Shown: piece after piece, positions 22,914 through 36,149 of the stretch | How positions within the stretch are numbered: position 1 is the first letter of the stretch | Layout of the letters: each line of letters begins with the position of its first letter | DNA from: Haliotis rubra | Lineage: Eukaryota | Direction of reading: 5' to 3' | Assembly (NCBI RefSeq): GCF_003918875.1 | Contig: NW_025766248.1 | Location: 1,240,001 to 1,304,000 of the forward strand | DNA length: 64,000 nt | Program-made: the position numbers and the translations under genes | Notes under the pieces: model-generated | Databases searched by the model: none | What the model saw: the letters and a program-made list of their open reading frames with translations, nothing else | Told to the model about the DNA's origin: nothing

Positions 22914-25571
22914 TGTTGGCATGACAACATACTAAGCACGCTGATACTGGCTATTAAAGATCCGATTATTACTCCGTTCTGTTTGACGTACATCGATTCC
23001 TTACACGACAATCAATCAACCGATCGATCAATCAATCAATCAATCAATTATAATCATAGACGTTGGTTTCATAAACGTATAAATATCACAGACCAGTATT
23101 ACTTGGGGCTTGTCAACCACATTAAGGTGAAACGTCTTGACATCACAAATGTTGTGCAAACGGTGTTAGATCATATACGGTTCACGCTTCATCATATTAT
23201 ACCGTTCATTTCTGCATTATTACATTTCACGAACATATTTGTGCACCAGTCTTTAAAAATATGTTTTCTCGATGCCAAAGGTTTCACGATGATGCAGACC
23301 TGAGCTACTCGGGACCAGGGAGGTCAAATTGCACAAACGGCAGGACGAGTTAACTTCATTAAATAGAGGAGCAGAAAATGTTATTAATGTTGCGATCGTG
23401 CAAAACATGCATGCATGGATTCATTACAAAACTTGTCCCGGAAAACAACACTTCTGAAAAAACCCCCAATCATTTCATGTTTTAATTGAGTTGTTTATAC
23501 AGTCATGTGCTATCTAGTTTGGTTTACTAACTTTACAACGTACAGACGTCAGTTACTTTCACAATCCGATTCACTCTCGCTATCACTCTCTACACCCAGT
23601 TCAATTAACACTTTTTCTATTTCATGTTCAACTGCAATGTGTTTGTAGCTTCATTCTTAAAGAACGTTAGGATATTGCTGACGATTTCTCGACACTGAGA
23701 TGTCAAACGGCGACCTTGTCTCGGCTGTTGTCAATGTTGTCAATCGGACATGTTGTCAATCAACTGACAGAGGTGCACCCCTTCACAATAATGGACCCAA
23801 CCAGTTGTGACACGGTCATGCAATTCATTAGTACTCACTTGATCAGGTCAAGCTGAACAAGCTGTAGTTGAATAGCGTCTAGTTCAAAAGGACAATGTAT
23901 GATAAAGGCCCTTATTGGCCTACAAAATTTCATGATATTCAAAGTTCTACAACATGATAATTTTAGCATAAAAAAATGCTAAATAAATTGTTGAAATTAC
24001 CTCCATATGTTTTTTTTTATATGTTTTAGTGCTGTTTTTTCCTCTTTGAAGACCTTAAAGTTAACCTATTTTACAATATCTTCGAAAAACCTGCATTTTC
24101 ATATTTTCAGAGTGATAAAAAAGTGTGAGCAAAAGCTTGACCCATCCCAATTTTTTCACCACACATGAAGAGAGTAAATTAGAATGCACTCCTAAAAAAT
24201 TGTGGTGGGTCACGCTTTTGCTCATATCAAAATGTTTAAAAAAGTACATTTTTTCTGTTGTATGAAATAGCCCCATACAACATCTCAAAAATAAACACTG
24301 GCGTAAAGTAATATCTCTGAAAACTATCCGTCACATTTACACAACTATACCATGATTCATTACTATTTTGAATGTTTTAGAGCACTAAAGTGAACTTATC
24401 AAACATGTTTATTAAACAATTTCAATATCGTAAGGGACTCTCAAGGCTGATTACTTTGATCAGGCAGCAATATGATCAGGCAGCATTCTAAAGGTGAGAA
24501 TCTTTGTAATAATGCTAGAATTTTATCATATTTGTTCTATCATCTGTTTAGCAAACCCCTCTGTGTCACCTGTCATTGTCAAATAACACTGGCATTCCAC
24601 TGGATGTAACTGTGTATAAACATACACATTTTCACAAAAACAATGTACCTTGATGTTTTCTAGGATATATCAGGCTACATTTAATATTGTCAGAATAAGA
24701 ACATTGTATCAAGGTCTAGCAGATTATGAAAAACAAGCAGACGTCAAGTGACACATTGTTGCAAAGTATAATATATAAGCTTGAAGTGACAAATAGTAGC
24801 AGTAGAATCTGTAGCCTAGTTGTTACAGTGATGGCCTGTCAATTTTTTTTCTGTTATCAGACATTCAGGTTCAAATCTTATGTTTTTTTCCTTTTCTTCC
24901 TTTTTTTTCTTCAAAAGTTAAGTTAAACATTGTAAATTGGCTGACAAAACTTGTGCACATGAAATACAAATTTTGTAAAAATAATTTCTTAAGTTTGGTA
25001 ATGTAAGTTACACTGTTCAAACAAACTTGTATAACATCATGTAAATCTTGTTTAAGCCTGAAGACACTGACTTTTCCACTTTGTTCCCACACAATAAAGA
25101 ACCTGTAGAAGGTAAGCATTGTTTCAAAATGTTAGTATGGTAATTTCTTTAAGTAAATATTTACAAACTGTCCAGAGCTGTTAATTAGTGGTGCACTGAT
25201 CAAACAAATAATTAGTTTATGGATATTTTGTGGGCTGCCAGTCAATTACCGATAACCAAATCACATAATCAATTAAAGCGTTCACTATTTCTTCTTAAAA
25301 ATATGTTTACAGAATCAATGACTATTGGTTTCAATTGTCATATTAAAACTGAGGACTGATTACCTTTGTTTTCATGTGCTCTGACAGTTGTTTTTATCTT
25401 ATATCTATAATTGATCAAAAAGTGGCCTCAACAATTGATTATGCTTTTGGAGGTCAATTCCCTTCCCTATATAACTATACTATTGACATGTTTAGCATTA
25501 GAAAAATTAGAAAGCACCAATTTCTTGAACATAATGATAATTCTTTTATGATTTCAAATATTTGTTTTCAG

Positions 25572-26028
25572 ATAAGAGAAATTTGCTTGGACTGATTTCA
25601 GGAGTGTCATTTCATGAAGATGACAACTTAAAACTTGAGGTGGAAGGTAAGCAAAATATGAGTGCTAAAAAATAACCAATATTTTTTTCTTCAATTTTCT
25701 AATTTAATGTGACAGAATTTCAGAAATACTGATGTCTCAGTGGTGATAAAATCTGCATAAGCCTTCAAGGCCAGACTACTGACATTTGAAAATAAATAAG
25801 TAATGTTACCCTTGAATAGATTTATAATATCAAAGTTTTAAAACCGAATTTTCTTTTGATATAAAGTCATCTGTTTTTCAGTTTAGAGAAGATCTGGGTA
25901 TGGCAGCACCAAAATAATATGCAAGTTTCCAGCAACTCTAGTGATATGATACACGGTTGAATGCAGCAGTTCTTGACAGTGATTCAGAAACTGATTCAGA
26001 GATTGATGATCATGTGGATGAAGAGTGA
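25572..26028 (+). pseudogene. Degraded spliced ORF resembling the P2X7 C-terminal (ballast/Zcd) domain carried by Kolobok elements
   Basis: TTTCAG acceptors and GTAAG/GTAAT donors; remnants IWVWQH...KIICKFPA...YT and acidic tail DSDSETDSEIDDHVDEE*. Confidence 0.4.
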
Positions 26029-26069
26029 AAGTGGATGTTTTATATATCTTTGCAGTGAATGAGTTGTGA

Positions 26070-26830
26070 ATAATTACTTTTTGAAGATTTTTGAATATTG
26101 ACTTTTAACACTTACTTGGTGTCAAAATCAAGCTGTGCCAAGAATGTAATTTCACCTGAAATAGGCCCCTTTGAGGTAAAGACCTGTGCTTTTTAGTGCA
26201 ACATGATTGGTTATTATAACAACATGTTGAGAATGAGATGTTTACTGTATATATTTGCAAGAATGTTGTAAATACTGACTTTTAACTCTTACATGGTGTT
26301 AAATCAAGCTGTGCCAAGAATGTAATTTCATCTGAAATAGGCCCCTTTGAGGTCAAAACCTGTGATTTTTAGTGCAACATGATTGGTTATTGTAATAACA
26401 TGTTGTGAATGAGATGTTTACTGTATATTTGCTAAAACCGGTTGTGAATACTGACTTTTAACACTTACTTGTTAAAATCAAGCTGTGCCCAAAATGTAAT
26501 TAGACCTAAAATGGGCCCCCTGTGATTTTTCGTTGGACATGATTGGTTATATATATATATAGGATATTTATATAGCGCACATATCCACGCACTAGTGCAT
26601 GCTCAAGGCGCTGGTTATCATAAGTACATGTTGTAAAATTGACCTATAGTTAATGTTTGCAAAGAAAGTTGTGAATAATGAGCTTTTTGTAATCAATTGG
26701 CAAGTAATTGAATTACTGTCCACAATGTATTGCAACCCTAATTGGGCCCCTTGAAGTAAAAAAAATGTGATTGATGTTGACATGTTTCTTCATCATGAAT
26801 ACCTGTTGCAAAACTGATACTGTTTGTATG
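26070..26830. repeat. ~177-bp tandem repeat inside the Kolobok-like element
   Basis: GACTTTTAAC...AATCAAGCTGTGCC recurs at ~26100, ~26277 and ~26453, plus a diverged fourth unit; a 60-bp SINE-D tail is inserted at 26551-26611. Confidence 0.85.
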
Positions 26831-27245
26831 TAAATAAACTGATAGTTGTATATAAATCATTATGGCAGACTGATATTTCAGATTTCTTGTTATTTTTTCA
26901 TGGGAACTGATAAAACCCATTTTTGGCCCCTCTGCATTGAAATATGGCCTCAGATCATTTAAAAAGTAGCTTTTCTATGCAAAGCCATCTTGTCTCTAAA
27001 CAAATAACATGTGTTTAGCCAATTCTGTTTGTGGGCCAAAAACCACCCTTATCATACTTTGTCCTTTAAGACATGAGGTTCGAAGAGATTTCAGGCTCAT
27101 TAAATACAGTCGAACACCACTTTTGCAAACTCTCCAGGGCCAGGGACATCATTCGACTTATCAGGGGTTCGACACATTGAGATAATTTCACATAGCCTTC
27201 AGACAACACAGGACAAACGACGATTGAAATTATGTCATCGATATA

Positions 27246-27738
27246 GTGAGTGGCAAGTGAGTGAGTAAGTGAGTTTTTACGCCACACTCAGCAATATTCC
27301 AGCTTTATGGCGGCGGCCTGTAAATAATCGAGTCTGGACAAGACAATCCAGTGATCAACATCATGATCATCGATCTGCGCAATTGGGAACCGATGACATG
27401 TGTCAACCAAGCCAGCGAGCCTGACCACCCGATCCCATTTTAAAGACATATCTGTCAGGTTCACTGATATGGTTGATGCATGTCATCGTATCCCTGTTCC
27501 ACCCGAACTGTGTTAATCTGTGGGCAAGCAGGACAGCCCTTTCTATAATCGCCTCTGGACTCCCAGAAATCCGTGAAGATCCGGGTTAGAATTGGTCTTT
27601 AGCAACCCATGCTTGTCGGCCTCGCTGACTTGGTTGATACAAGTCAACGTATTCCAGTTGTGTAAATGGATGCTCATGCTTAATTTGATCACTGGAATAT
27701 TGCTGAGTGCGGCGTTAAATAACAAACAAACAAACAAA
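27246..27738. mobile_element. Two family A copies (minus 27246-27437, plus 27570-27738)
   Basis: Consensus match; (TCAC)n and (CAAA)n tails. Confidence 0.85.
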
Positions 27739-28229
27739 ACTGATACAAGCTGTCTGGAACTCGACGTTACACCAGATTTCAGAAAAATATATTCGAATCC
27801 CAACTATTCGAGTCTAAACATACCATTGTACAAAACCTAATTGCAACTAACAACAAACAAACAAACAAACAGCCAGGGCTCCCAGACTTCTGTACTGCCA
27901 TAACATAGTTCATTGATAAGGTATGAAAAACCCACTGACAAGAATGTCCAAAAGAAATATCAAGCCCTTTACCTATGATTGATCATTGATGCAACAGTTG
28001 TTTACCATAAAGCAATTGCTACGAGTTTTACAACGGTTGCTTCAAGAACGAAAGTGCCCAGAGAGTTAAATGTCCATTAGAGGATGATATTGAGAATGTG
28101 TTAATGACACACATGTTCATGGACATAGGTGTGGTGTTATTTTGAATAATCACCATCTACATCAATAACAACAACGACGACAACAATGACGGCGACGACG
28201 ACGACGATGATGATGGCCACGACGACGCT

Positions 28230-28720
28230 GGTCGAGTAATGGCATGTCGCACACTGGGAATTATGTCAGTTGACTAAGATGTCACCCATATTTGTGTCAT
28301 GCTGTTCCTGACCAGCTGCAGCTAGCAGACACGCATGTTACAGATCTGAGCCACACACTATTCTGGGCAATGAAAGCCGTAGGCATATGATATCCTGGAA
28401 CATGCTTCGAGATATCATGCTTGTACAGTCCTTGGGCCTATCTCCTTTGAGAATGTCTCTGTTATGATTATAGCATGAGGAATGAATATATCCATCCATG
28501 GGATTATTCATAGAATTTTGAACTCAAAGTTGTGTAAGACAATTCGCTGTGCAGTTGTGTCCCTTGGGTGTCAATAATCCAATAATCATGGTTTCGATGC
28601 CAGTTTTCGTTCTGATTAATAGGATCCTGTGGTTGTCATTGTTGCATACAGCAGACATCTCGAAGGACAAGAATCACATGGGGTCATCATTGCGGAAGAA
28701 AGAGACAAGCTGTGAAAAGG
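28230..28720 (+). pseudogene. Possible very old piggyBac-like transposase remnant
   Basis: Scattered frame remnants I*ATH/ILGNESRRHMISWNMLRDIM, GMNISIHG and VRQF in the order expected for piggyBac; very weak. Confidence 0.25.
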
Positions 28721-29549
28721 GAGCCAGTTCATTCACCCATTGAAGAATCAACTGACTCTGTTTGTTTAGCAGACTAACATTTCTAACATGTTGATTTACC
28801 TTTCACCTAATTCTAGTTTGACCATATAACGACCTTTTCAGCAACAAACAGCGTCAAACATCGTTGTGTTGAACTGTGAGTCGAATGTACGGTTGCCTCG
28901 AACTAAAAGCTTGGTCCCTGTGTATTCCTCATCATTCAAACCATCATTTTCCGACTCCGACGAACCTAGGATAACTCGAAACTTCCTAACTTCCTAATGA
29001 ATAGTCTGTTGCATACTACTCTGTAGAGCTAATACATGCTTCTTCGACGACTTTGCCATCGGTGCCCACGGCATTGAGGGAGACAATACTATGTACTATG
29101 AAGATAGATTTTACTGTTATGGTTACAGTAACCAACACAAGGTTATTTCCTCAATAGTTTTTGTTATGTTGTATAATGTTTGCGAGGTGAACAGCTATAT
29201 CCATGGGTCAGCTAAATAATTATTTGTTTTACTTTTTATCCTTTTTCACAACCTACAGCTGTCTTTACCTTGATAATGAGATGTCCACTGTCAGTATCGA
29301 GGAAAGGACCAAATGACCATTAAGACAATTCATCCGATATTTGAATCCAGAAATGTGCGTGTGTGTACATTGCAATCCAAATATATTCCTAATGGTGACA
29401 CATTGGTTATACTGTACACACTGAAATAGTTTATTTGCTGACCTAATGATATTGACGTTGTCGTAAAATTTGTGAAGGAACGCCAAATTAATTGGTGATA
29501 CTTGTTTGATTTCCTTTGATGTGATGTTCATAATGTAAAAAACGTTTAT

Positions 29550-29922
29550 TTAAGGTAACCTTGGATACCGTATACACAATGAAGGTAACCTTGGGAACCG
29601 TATACACAATGATGGAACCTTGGTTACCGTGTGCACAATGAAGATAGCCTTAGATCCGTATACACAGTGAAGGTAACCTTGGATACCGTAGTGAAGGTAA
29701 CCTTGGATACCGTATACATAATAAGGCAACTTTGGATACCGTATACACAATAAGGCAACTTTGGATACCGTATACACAATAAGGCAACTTTGGATACCGT
29801 ATAAACAATGAAGGTAACCTCGGATACCGCATACGCAATGAACGTAATATTGGATACCATATGCCAAATAAAGGTAACCTTGCATACCGTATGCACAATG
29901 AAGGTAACCTTGGATACCGTAA
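29550..29922. repeat. 30-bp minisatellite (~12 units); two more units at 31305-31360
   Basis: AAGGTAACCTTGGATACCGTATACACAATG repeats. Confidence 0.95.
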
Positions 29923-31306
29923 CATGTGCCTGAGAGTGTTATTCATTTATTTCGTGATTGTATTCATTCAAGCAAAGTGTGGAAAGAGTTGACTAAATGG
30001 CTAGAAAATTTAGCTGAAGGATACATTGATTTAATATCAGAAACTATTATTTTTGGTTTCAAAGGGAGAATTAACAACCTACTTAATGCCATCTGTTTAA
30101 TGGTGAAACAAAATATTTACACTATGAGCAGAAAGGTAAAAAATCCAATTTTAAATGCATCCAAAAAGAAATACTAAGTTACTATAAGGCATGCCAATGA
30201 TTTGCTTTTACAAACAGTGAAGAGTCCAAATACTTTGCATTTTGATCCTCCTTCCACACACTATTTTTGGACTTTTGAGCTCAATATTCTATTGTAAACT
30301 TCAAAGAGTATAATGTAATGTAATAGTGACTTATGACTTGCATGTTATCAAATACAGTCACACCTGCACTACCCGTTTTTCATACACAATATGAACAATA
30401 CTATGTATCTACGCATACCCATGTACATGTAAACATCTGCTGAGAAATAATGGGTAATGTAAAAATGACTTATACCCTGCATGTTACCAGATGCAGTCAA
30501 ACCTGCACTAGCCGTATTTCATGTATAATATGAACAATACCATGTATCTATGCATACTTGTGTACATGTAAACGTCTGCTAGGAAAAATTTGAATAATGT
30601 AAAAATTGCCTATGCCTTGTACATTACCAGTTGCACTCAAACCTGCACTAGTCTCACCTGCGGCCAGAGGCAGTCAAACCTGTATTAGTTGTCCTTCATA
30701 TACTGACTGACTGACTGAGTTTGGTTTTACGCCGCTTTTAGCAATATTCCAGCAACATCACGGCGGGGGACACCAGAAATGGGCTTCACACATTGTGCCC
30801 ATGTGGGGATTCGAACCCGGGTCTTGGGCGTGACGAGCCAACGCTTTAACCATTAGGCTACCCCACCGCCCCGTCCTTCATATACAAAAAGAACAATTTT
30901 ATGTATCTACGCATACTTATGTACACATAAACATCCTGCAAATAATGGGTAATGTAGAAATGACTTATACCTTACATGCTATTAGAGACCTTCAAACCTG
31001 TATTAGCTGTACTTCATATACAAAATTATGTATCTAAGCATACTTGTTATGTACGTATACATGAACATCCGCCAGGACCCCCCCCCCAAAAAAAAAACAA
31101 CCCAACAACAACAACAACAAAAACAATAAAGAAACAACCCAAACCCCCAAAAATCCAATCCCTCCAAAAAAAACAACCCCTCAACAACCAAAAAACAAAC
31201 AAAACCAACCCAACAAAAAAAACCCCAAAAAACCAGACAGACAGACAAAAAACAACAACCAAAAAATAATAAAATAATAAGCAACCAAAAAAATTCCATG
31301 CTTGGC
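29923..31306 (+). mobile_element. 5'-truncated L1/Tx1-like LINE 3' end with ~140-bp tandem repeats and A-rich tail
   Basis: PESVIHLFRDCIHSSKVWKELTKWL...IIFGF..LLNAICLMVKQNIY (zf-RVT C-terminus); TAACCTTGGATACCGTAA on both sides. Confidence 0.8.
30704..30872 (-). mobile_element. Full-length tRNA(Asp/Glu)-derived SINE family B with TSD
   Basis: GGGGTAGCCTAATGGTTAAAGCGTTGGCTCGTCACGCCCAAGACCCGGGTTCGAATCCCC head; 13-bp TSD GTCCTTCATATAC. Confidence 0.92.
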
Positions 31307-31420
31307 TAACCTTGGATACCGTAAACACAATGAAGGTAACCTTGGATCCTTATTCACAATGGAAATGACAACATGCCATAAGGATTCCATGCCATGGACA
31401 CTCCATATCATTAGGATTAA

Positions 31421-31812
31421 GTGGTGGCGCGTGGTCCTGTGCTCAAAGCTCAGGTCACAATTCGGTAAAGTTAAGCAGCGTCGAGCTCAGAGAGTCCTTG
31501 GATGGGTGACCGTGTTTGGCAGCTTGACTCCTGAGAGTTTCTAGGACTTGAGTCCTGTCCCACAACGAAGTACATGTGACACATGTGGTCTCACCTTAGG
31601 CAATTGAGTTTGTTCAAAATTGTCTCTATTCACCCAGCAGGAAAATGGGTACCCGGTGAAAAAAGTCATATGACTATAACCTTCTAGCGCCTAACAGGCA
31701 GCGTTGGTTATCCGGGGTAATAATAATGCGCTGTGCCTTGATTGTTAGCGCTATGAGCATACCTAGTGTGGAGTTTGGCGTTATATAAATGGACACATTA
31801 AATTATTATTTT
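31421..31812 (+). mobile_element. 5S rRNA-derived SINE with Deu/Nin-like middle and L2-like tail
   Basis: AAGTTAAGCAGCGTCGAGC...CTTGGATGGGTGACCG (31468-31512) matches the 5S internal control region; CACCCAGCAGGAAAATGGGTACC core; AGCGCTATGAGC..GCGTTATATAAAT tail. Confidence 0.75.
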
Positions 31813-33923
31813 TACAAGGACAACATGCCATAAGGACTGCATGCCATAAGGACTACAGGCCATACATTCTACTCGATATGCATACTACATACCAGAAAGA
31901 AGTTAGGCCATAACATATGCATATCATAAGTACTACAATAATACCCAGTCAGTCTGATTGACATTTTACAGTTTTATTTTTCGGACCTCGTACTTAATTA
32001 ATAACTTTGCTGAAATCAATATCCAACCAGCATTAATAGATAAAATAATTAAAGAAGTCTAGAATTCTTCTTAATTATGCTGTCAATATATTTTTTTTAT
32101 AAAAAGGTGTGTGATTTGTTTTTACCTTTGTGTCTAATCACAGCGGATTTCTTCGCACATTTCTTTGAAAATTCGTAAATTCCTGTAGAATTATTTTCCA
32201 TTCTTCCTTAGAGTCTACGGTTTTAATCACGCGATAAATGACTTGGAAGAAATTCACACATACCGTGCCCCTTCCCGCAGTAGTTCAAGTAACCAAGGAA
32301 ACGATAACCGAAGTGAAGAGATCGGAAAATACCCATGAAACACATCCATATTGTTGTAGTGGTTGGACCTCGTTATTTAATTCATAGTTTTGTTGAGATC
32401 GATTTCTAACTACCATTCACCCTAGGGGCCACTTTTCAACGTTTCACATCTTACAGCCAGTTGTTTAGTTATTGATCAGCTAAACATTCAGTATCGATTA
32501 TTAAGAGACCCAGAGCCACAGGGTATCGTTCTGATTAATAAACATTTGTTAACATTATTATGAACATCGATTCGTTGTCACAGCACAAACAGTGCGTGCG
32601 TATCATTGGTGTAAACACTTAAACATGACATACATGGTTTTTTTGACAGTTACTTTTTTATCACATACGTGTTCTGAATATCTTTTATGAGATAATTTTG
32701 GTTATTTTAAGCAGGAGTTGTGTAACCAGTTGAACGTTATCCAACGAGTGTAACCAAACTAGGTTATTCAACGATAGTGACGTCATCATGCCGAACTTTC
32801 TGCTGCCACCTCGATATTTTAAATTAACATAATAACTCCATTCAAGCAGCTTTTGACCAAAAATATCCACCAAACAAAACAATAGTTTTGTGGATGATTA
32901 AAATTCAGTTTTGGTGTACTGGGGACTAGTAGGTTTGGACATTTTTAATTGTCTATTTTCATATATAAAGTAGTCGCGAGAGAGTTACCTCCCTTTCATT
33001 TTGTTTACATCTGGCATCGTCTGCTTGATTTGTCATCATGGATCACACTGTTGTCCCGTCGTTTGTAATAAATACATTCCAAAACGAGTGAATGTTGAAT
33101 ATGGCAAAATATTCACAAAAATAACTCAAACGGTTTGATTTATCCTCAAGCAAAAACGAGTGAATACATGAAAACGTTCAGAAATATTGAGTTGGAATAT
33201 TTTCCATGTTCAACATCCATCCGTTCTATATATATGGTCCTGATCATGACCAGTTTCTCGAAGGCAATGCAATTGCGCATACAGAGTTAGGTCCCGTAGA
33301 TCTTAGGATCCGCTGATGATTAGTACGAATTTGTTCGTCCTGTTTATAGTTCATCGAGTGTTATACTCGTCATACATAAATGGGGACATGCCTTTAACCT
33401 ATCTCACTTATGACGTTCCTTCCAAGTTAAACTGATCATCCGTCGCTGCGATTATTAAACCTATGTTCTAAGCGGAGTTACGAATAACTCACTCACTCAC
33501 CCTCTCACTCACTCACTCTCTCACCCACCCTCTCACTCACTCATTCATTTACTCATAATAGATGGTCCACATTTGCTATGCACTATCTAACATATCTCAA
33601 TCGAAAGCTGGAATTACCCTCTCGCTGAAGAATTACTATTTATACCAACATTGGTAAGTCATAAAGCATAACTCCAGAGGACGTACAGCTCTTGGGGCAG
33701 TCCCCCTGGGGAGGTAGGGTTGACGGGTGACTCTCGGTCAGTGCTTCTCTCGTCAGTGGAAATGAATCTCGGGCATTTCACGAACACCTGTCTCAACAGA
33801 TCAGGAGTGATTTCGAAATCTGTGTTTCCCTGCATGCAATTATTCAACAACCCGAGAGACAAAACAGCCGAAGCTACCAGTTTAGGTACTTACACTGAAG
33901 AGCTGATGTTAAGATCGAAAGAT

Positions 33924-34258
33924 CTAACTTATGTTATATTTGGGATTACACTTTCTTTGTAAAGTACAAATTCTAGTATTTTTGGGGTTGAGTCCCATCC
34001 AGGATTCGAACCCACACCATCGGAGTCAGGCACCTAATCGCCAGCACACAAGGTCAGCCGCCTAACCCGCTCAGCCACCGCGACTTCCTCCGGCTGACTT
34101 TAAGTGCTGGGGATTAGGTGCCTGACTGAGGGTGTGGGTTCGAATCCCGGATGGGACTCAACCCCAAAAGTACTAGAATTTGTACTTTACTAAGAAAGTG
34201 TAATCCCAAATATAACATATGTTACATTTGACCACTTTCTAAATGGCATTGTGTAATC
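33924..34258. mobile_element. Family C head-to-head inverted dimer with 10-bp TSD
   Basis: Arms ~33925-34061 and ~34091-34224 are inverted copies; tRNA-Leu/Ser-like head GTCGCGGTGGCTGAGCGGGTTAGGCG...GTGGGTTCGAATCC; ATCGAAAGAT at 33914-33923 and 34259-34268. Confidence 0.88.
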
Positions 34259-34602
34259 ATCGAAAGATATGTGTCAAAAATGAAGCGACAAAAACTTATT
34301 CCCTACAAAAAAATCTCTTGTTTGTAAGCATTGGACTCAGAACCAGACAATCCAGTGAAAAACATAATGTTCTTGTTAAACATTGTTAGACCGGAGGAAC
34401 CATTTTAAATGACATACAAAGTAGTGATCAATAACCTAATTTCCGTTCCGCAATTCGCCTACAGTCTTAAAACAACATTTCATGGTCTGTTGACTTTTGA
34501 TTACGCAATGATAACCTAGTGTCACTCACTATGATCTAACAGTGGACTCTTCTAGTTGAAGTAGTTGATGGACAAAAAGATGGACAAGAAGAATTTATTT
34601 AG

Positions 34603-34741
34603 TTCTGTTATTTGTCATTTTCCGATCACAATGAAATGATAATTTATTTATTTCTGTTATTTGTCATTTTCTGATCACAATGAAATGATAATTTATTTAT
34701 TTCTGTTATTTGTCATTTTCTGATCACAATGAAATGATAAT
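34603..34741. repeat. ~48-bp tandem repeat x3
   Basis: TTCTGTTATTTGTCATTTTCTGATCACAATGAAATGATAATTTATTTA. Confidence 0.95.
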
Positions 34742-35239
34742 TGATGTATCATATATCACATCATGTCACATCAGTATTGAGAAAGTTCACTTGTGGTGAT
34801 GTCCATTCTCTGCTGGGATGTAGGGAGAAAGCAACTGGATACTTCTGCAGGCGCGTAGCAAGCAATTTGTTTTCGTGTCAGCCCGATAGGTTGCAAAGCT
34901 TTTAATTTAGATAGTATTGAAGGCTTTTTATAATGGTAGCTACGCCCCTGTTCTGGTCCTCTACAAGGCCTCGCAAAACATACACTTTGGTCCAGTGTCT
35001 AGGGCATACATAAAATGTTCCATCCATGTACACTGTTTCAACAACAGCTGATCAAGATTAGTATTCACGTCGATACAACAGTAACATATCGATTTCGAAT
35101 ATGCATACGATGACAAGAACATTACCCATACCGTTACGTTTCGTTTTCTAAGTTGAGACACTAACTGGAAATCGGTACGTAAATGAATTCACTGCGAAAC
35201 CATTAATAACAAAAACACATTAATTAATTAACGACTGTT

Positions 35240-35434
35240 TCTAAGATGCTTAGCGGTTAGAACAATCGAAAAAAAAATTACATTATCAGACAATAAAGGT
35301 ATAGTTTTTTGATGACGTAACAATTGAATGACGTTATCCCGTCACTGCGTCCTCGTGCTTTAACTATAATAGCTCAGGGCAAAAGTGTGTTTTATTACAC
35401 TATACATGGTGGTAGAGCGAAGTGTATTTCTTAA
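35240..35434. mobile_element. Fragment of a non-autonomous element shared with 61740-61803 and 62640-62743
   Basis: CTAAGATGCTTAGCGGTTAGAACAATCG...AAAGGTATAGT and AGGGCAAAAGTGTGTTTTATTACACTATACATGG...GTATTTCTT recur. Confidence 0.7.
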
Positions 35435-36149
35435 ATGTTACGTTATCAGATCAATAACTATTACTGCAATAGAATTACAAGAGTAATAAATAGTGGCAGT
35501 ACAAATATTAAACAATGATTATAGCAATAAAGGCGGTGATTAATATTCACGTAGAAGTGATCAAGGTTAGAAAAAGATCTAGGCTGGGAATCCAGGATGA
35601 AAATTGTTCTGTGATGTGCGATGACACAGGCATTGTCCAGCCCTCAATATGTAGAATGTACCTCATCCGGAAATTTTGTAACATGCTAGATTATTCCATC
35701 TGCACGAGAACGTTTCAGATTCCCAGTCTAAATTTAGTAAACAGCACTGCCCCCCTACTGAATCTTACCAGAAACAATTACTGCACTGTTCTACAGCAAA
35801 TAACGCAATCACATAACAATTCATTTGTATGTAAAACAAGTCTTGTTAGAGGAGACATTTCGGTATTAAGTCAACTTTGGTTCATTACATATTGTAAGTC
35901 TATTACCAGCGCTAGCCCCGTTCACTCATAAAAGCCACTCCAGCAATCTGTAAGCCATAGAATTGTCGACGAGCCTTGCTTTGACATCACGGTGAATGGG
36001 AATAGAGACATTGGCACGGAAAAGGCTGGATGTGGTGAATTATTTTGCCATGTGTGGTTACAATTATTGTACGTTAAACATCCGTCACCAAATAATTTAG
36101 AGCATGTTTTGTATGCATGTATATTTCTTGTATACTTTATGAAAAATGT

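Larger units (their letters stand above)
23889..27065 (+). mobile_element. Kolobok-like DNA transposon, no transposase visible
   Basis: Imperfect TIR AGGACAATGTATGATAAAGG..TTGGCCTACAAA / TTTGTGGGCCAA..CCCTTATCATACTTTGTCCT; TTAA follows the right end, left flank degenerate. Confidence 0.7.

Noticed and set aside
30704-30872. Functional tRNA genes in family B and C heads
   Set aside because: Acceptor stems incomplete; copies are diverged, TSD-flanked and carry SINE bodies
30976-31411. Hydrophobic or Lys-rich ORFs (also 15501-15797, 39292-39474, 44793-45109, 61587-61802)
   Set aside because: Translations of A-rich tracts and microsatellites
31468-31512. 5S rRNA gene
   Set aside because: Only the internal control region is present, embedded in a SINE
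33659-33962. GC-richer ORFs as host exons (also 51251-51550 and 21277-21594)
   Set aside because: No recognisable domain or consistent splice structure
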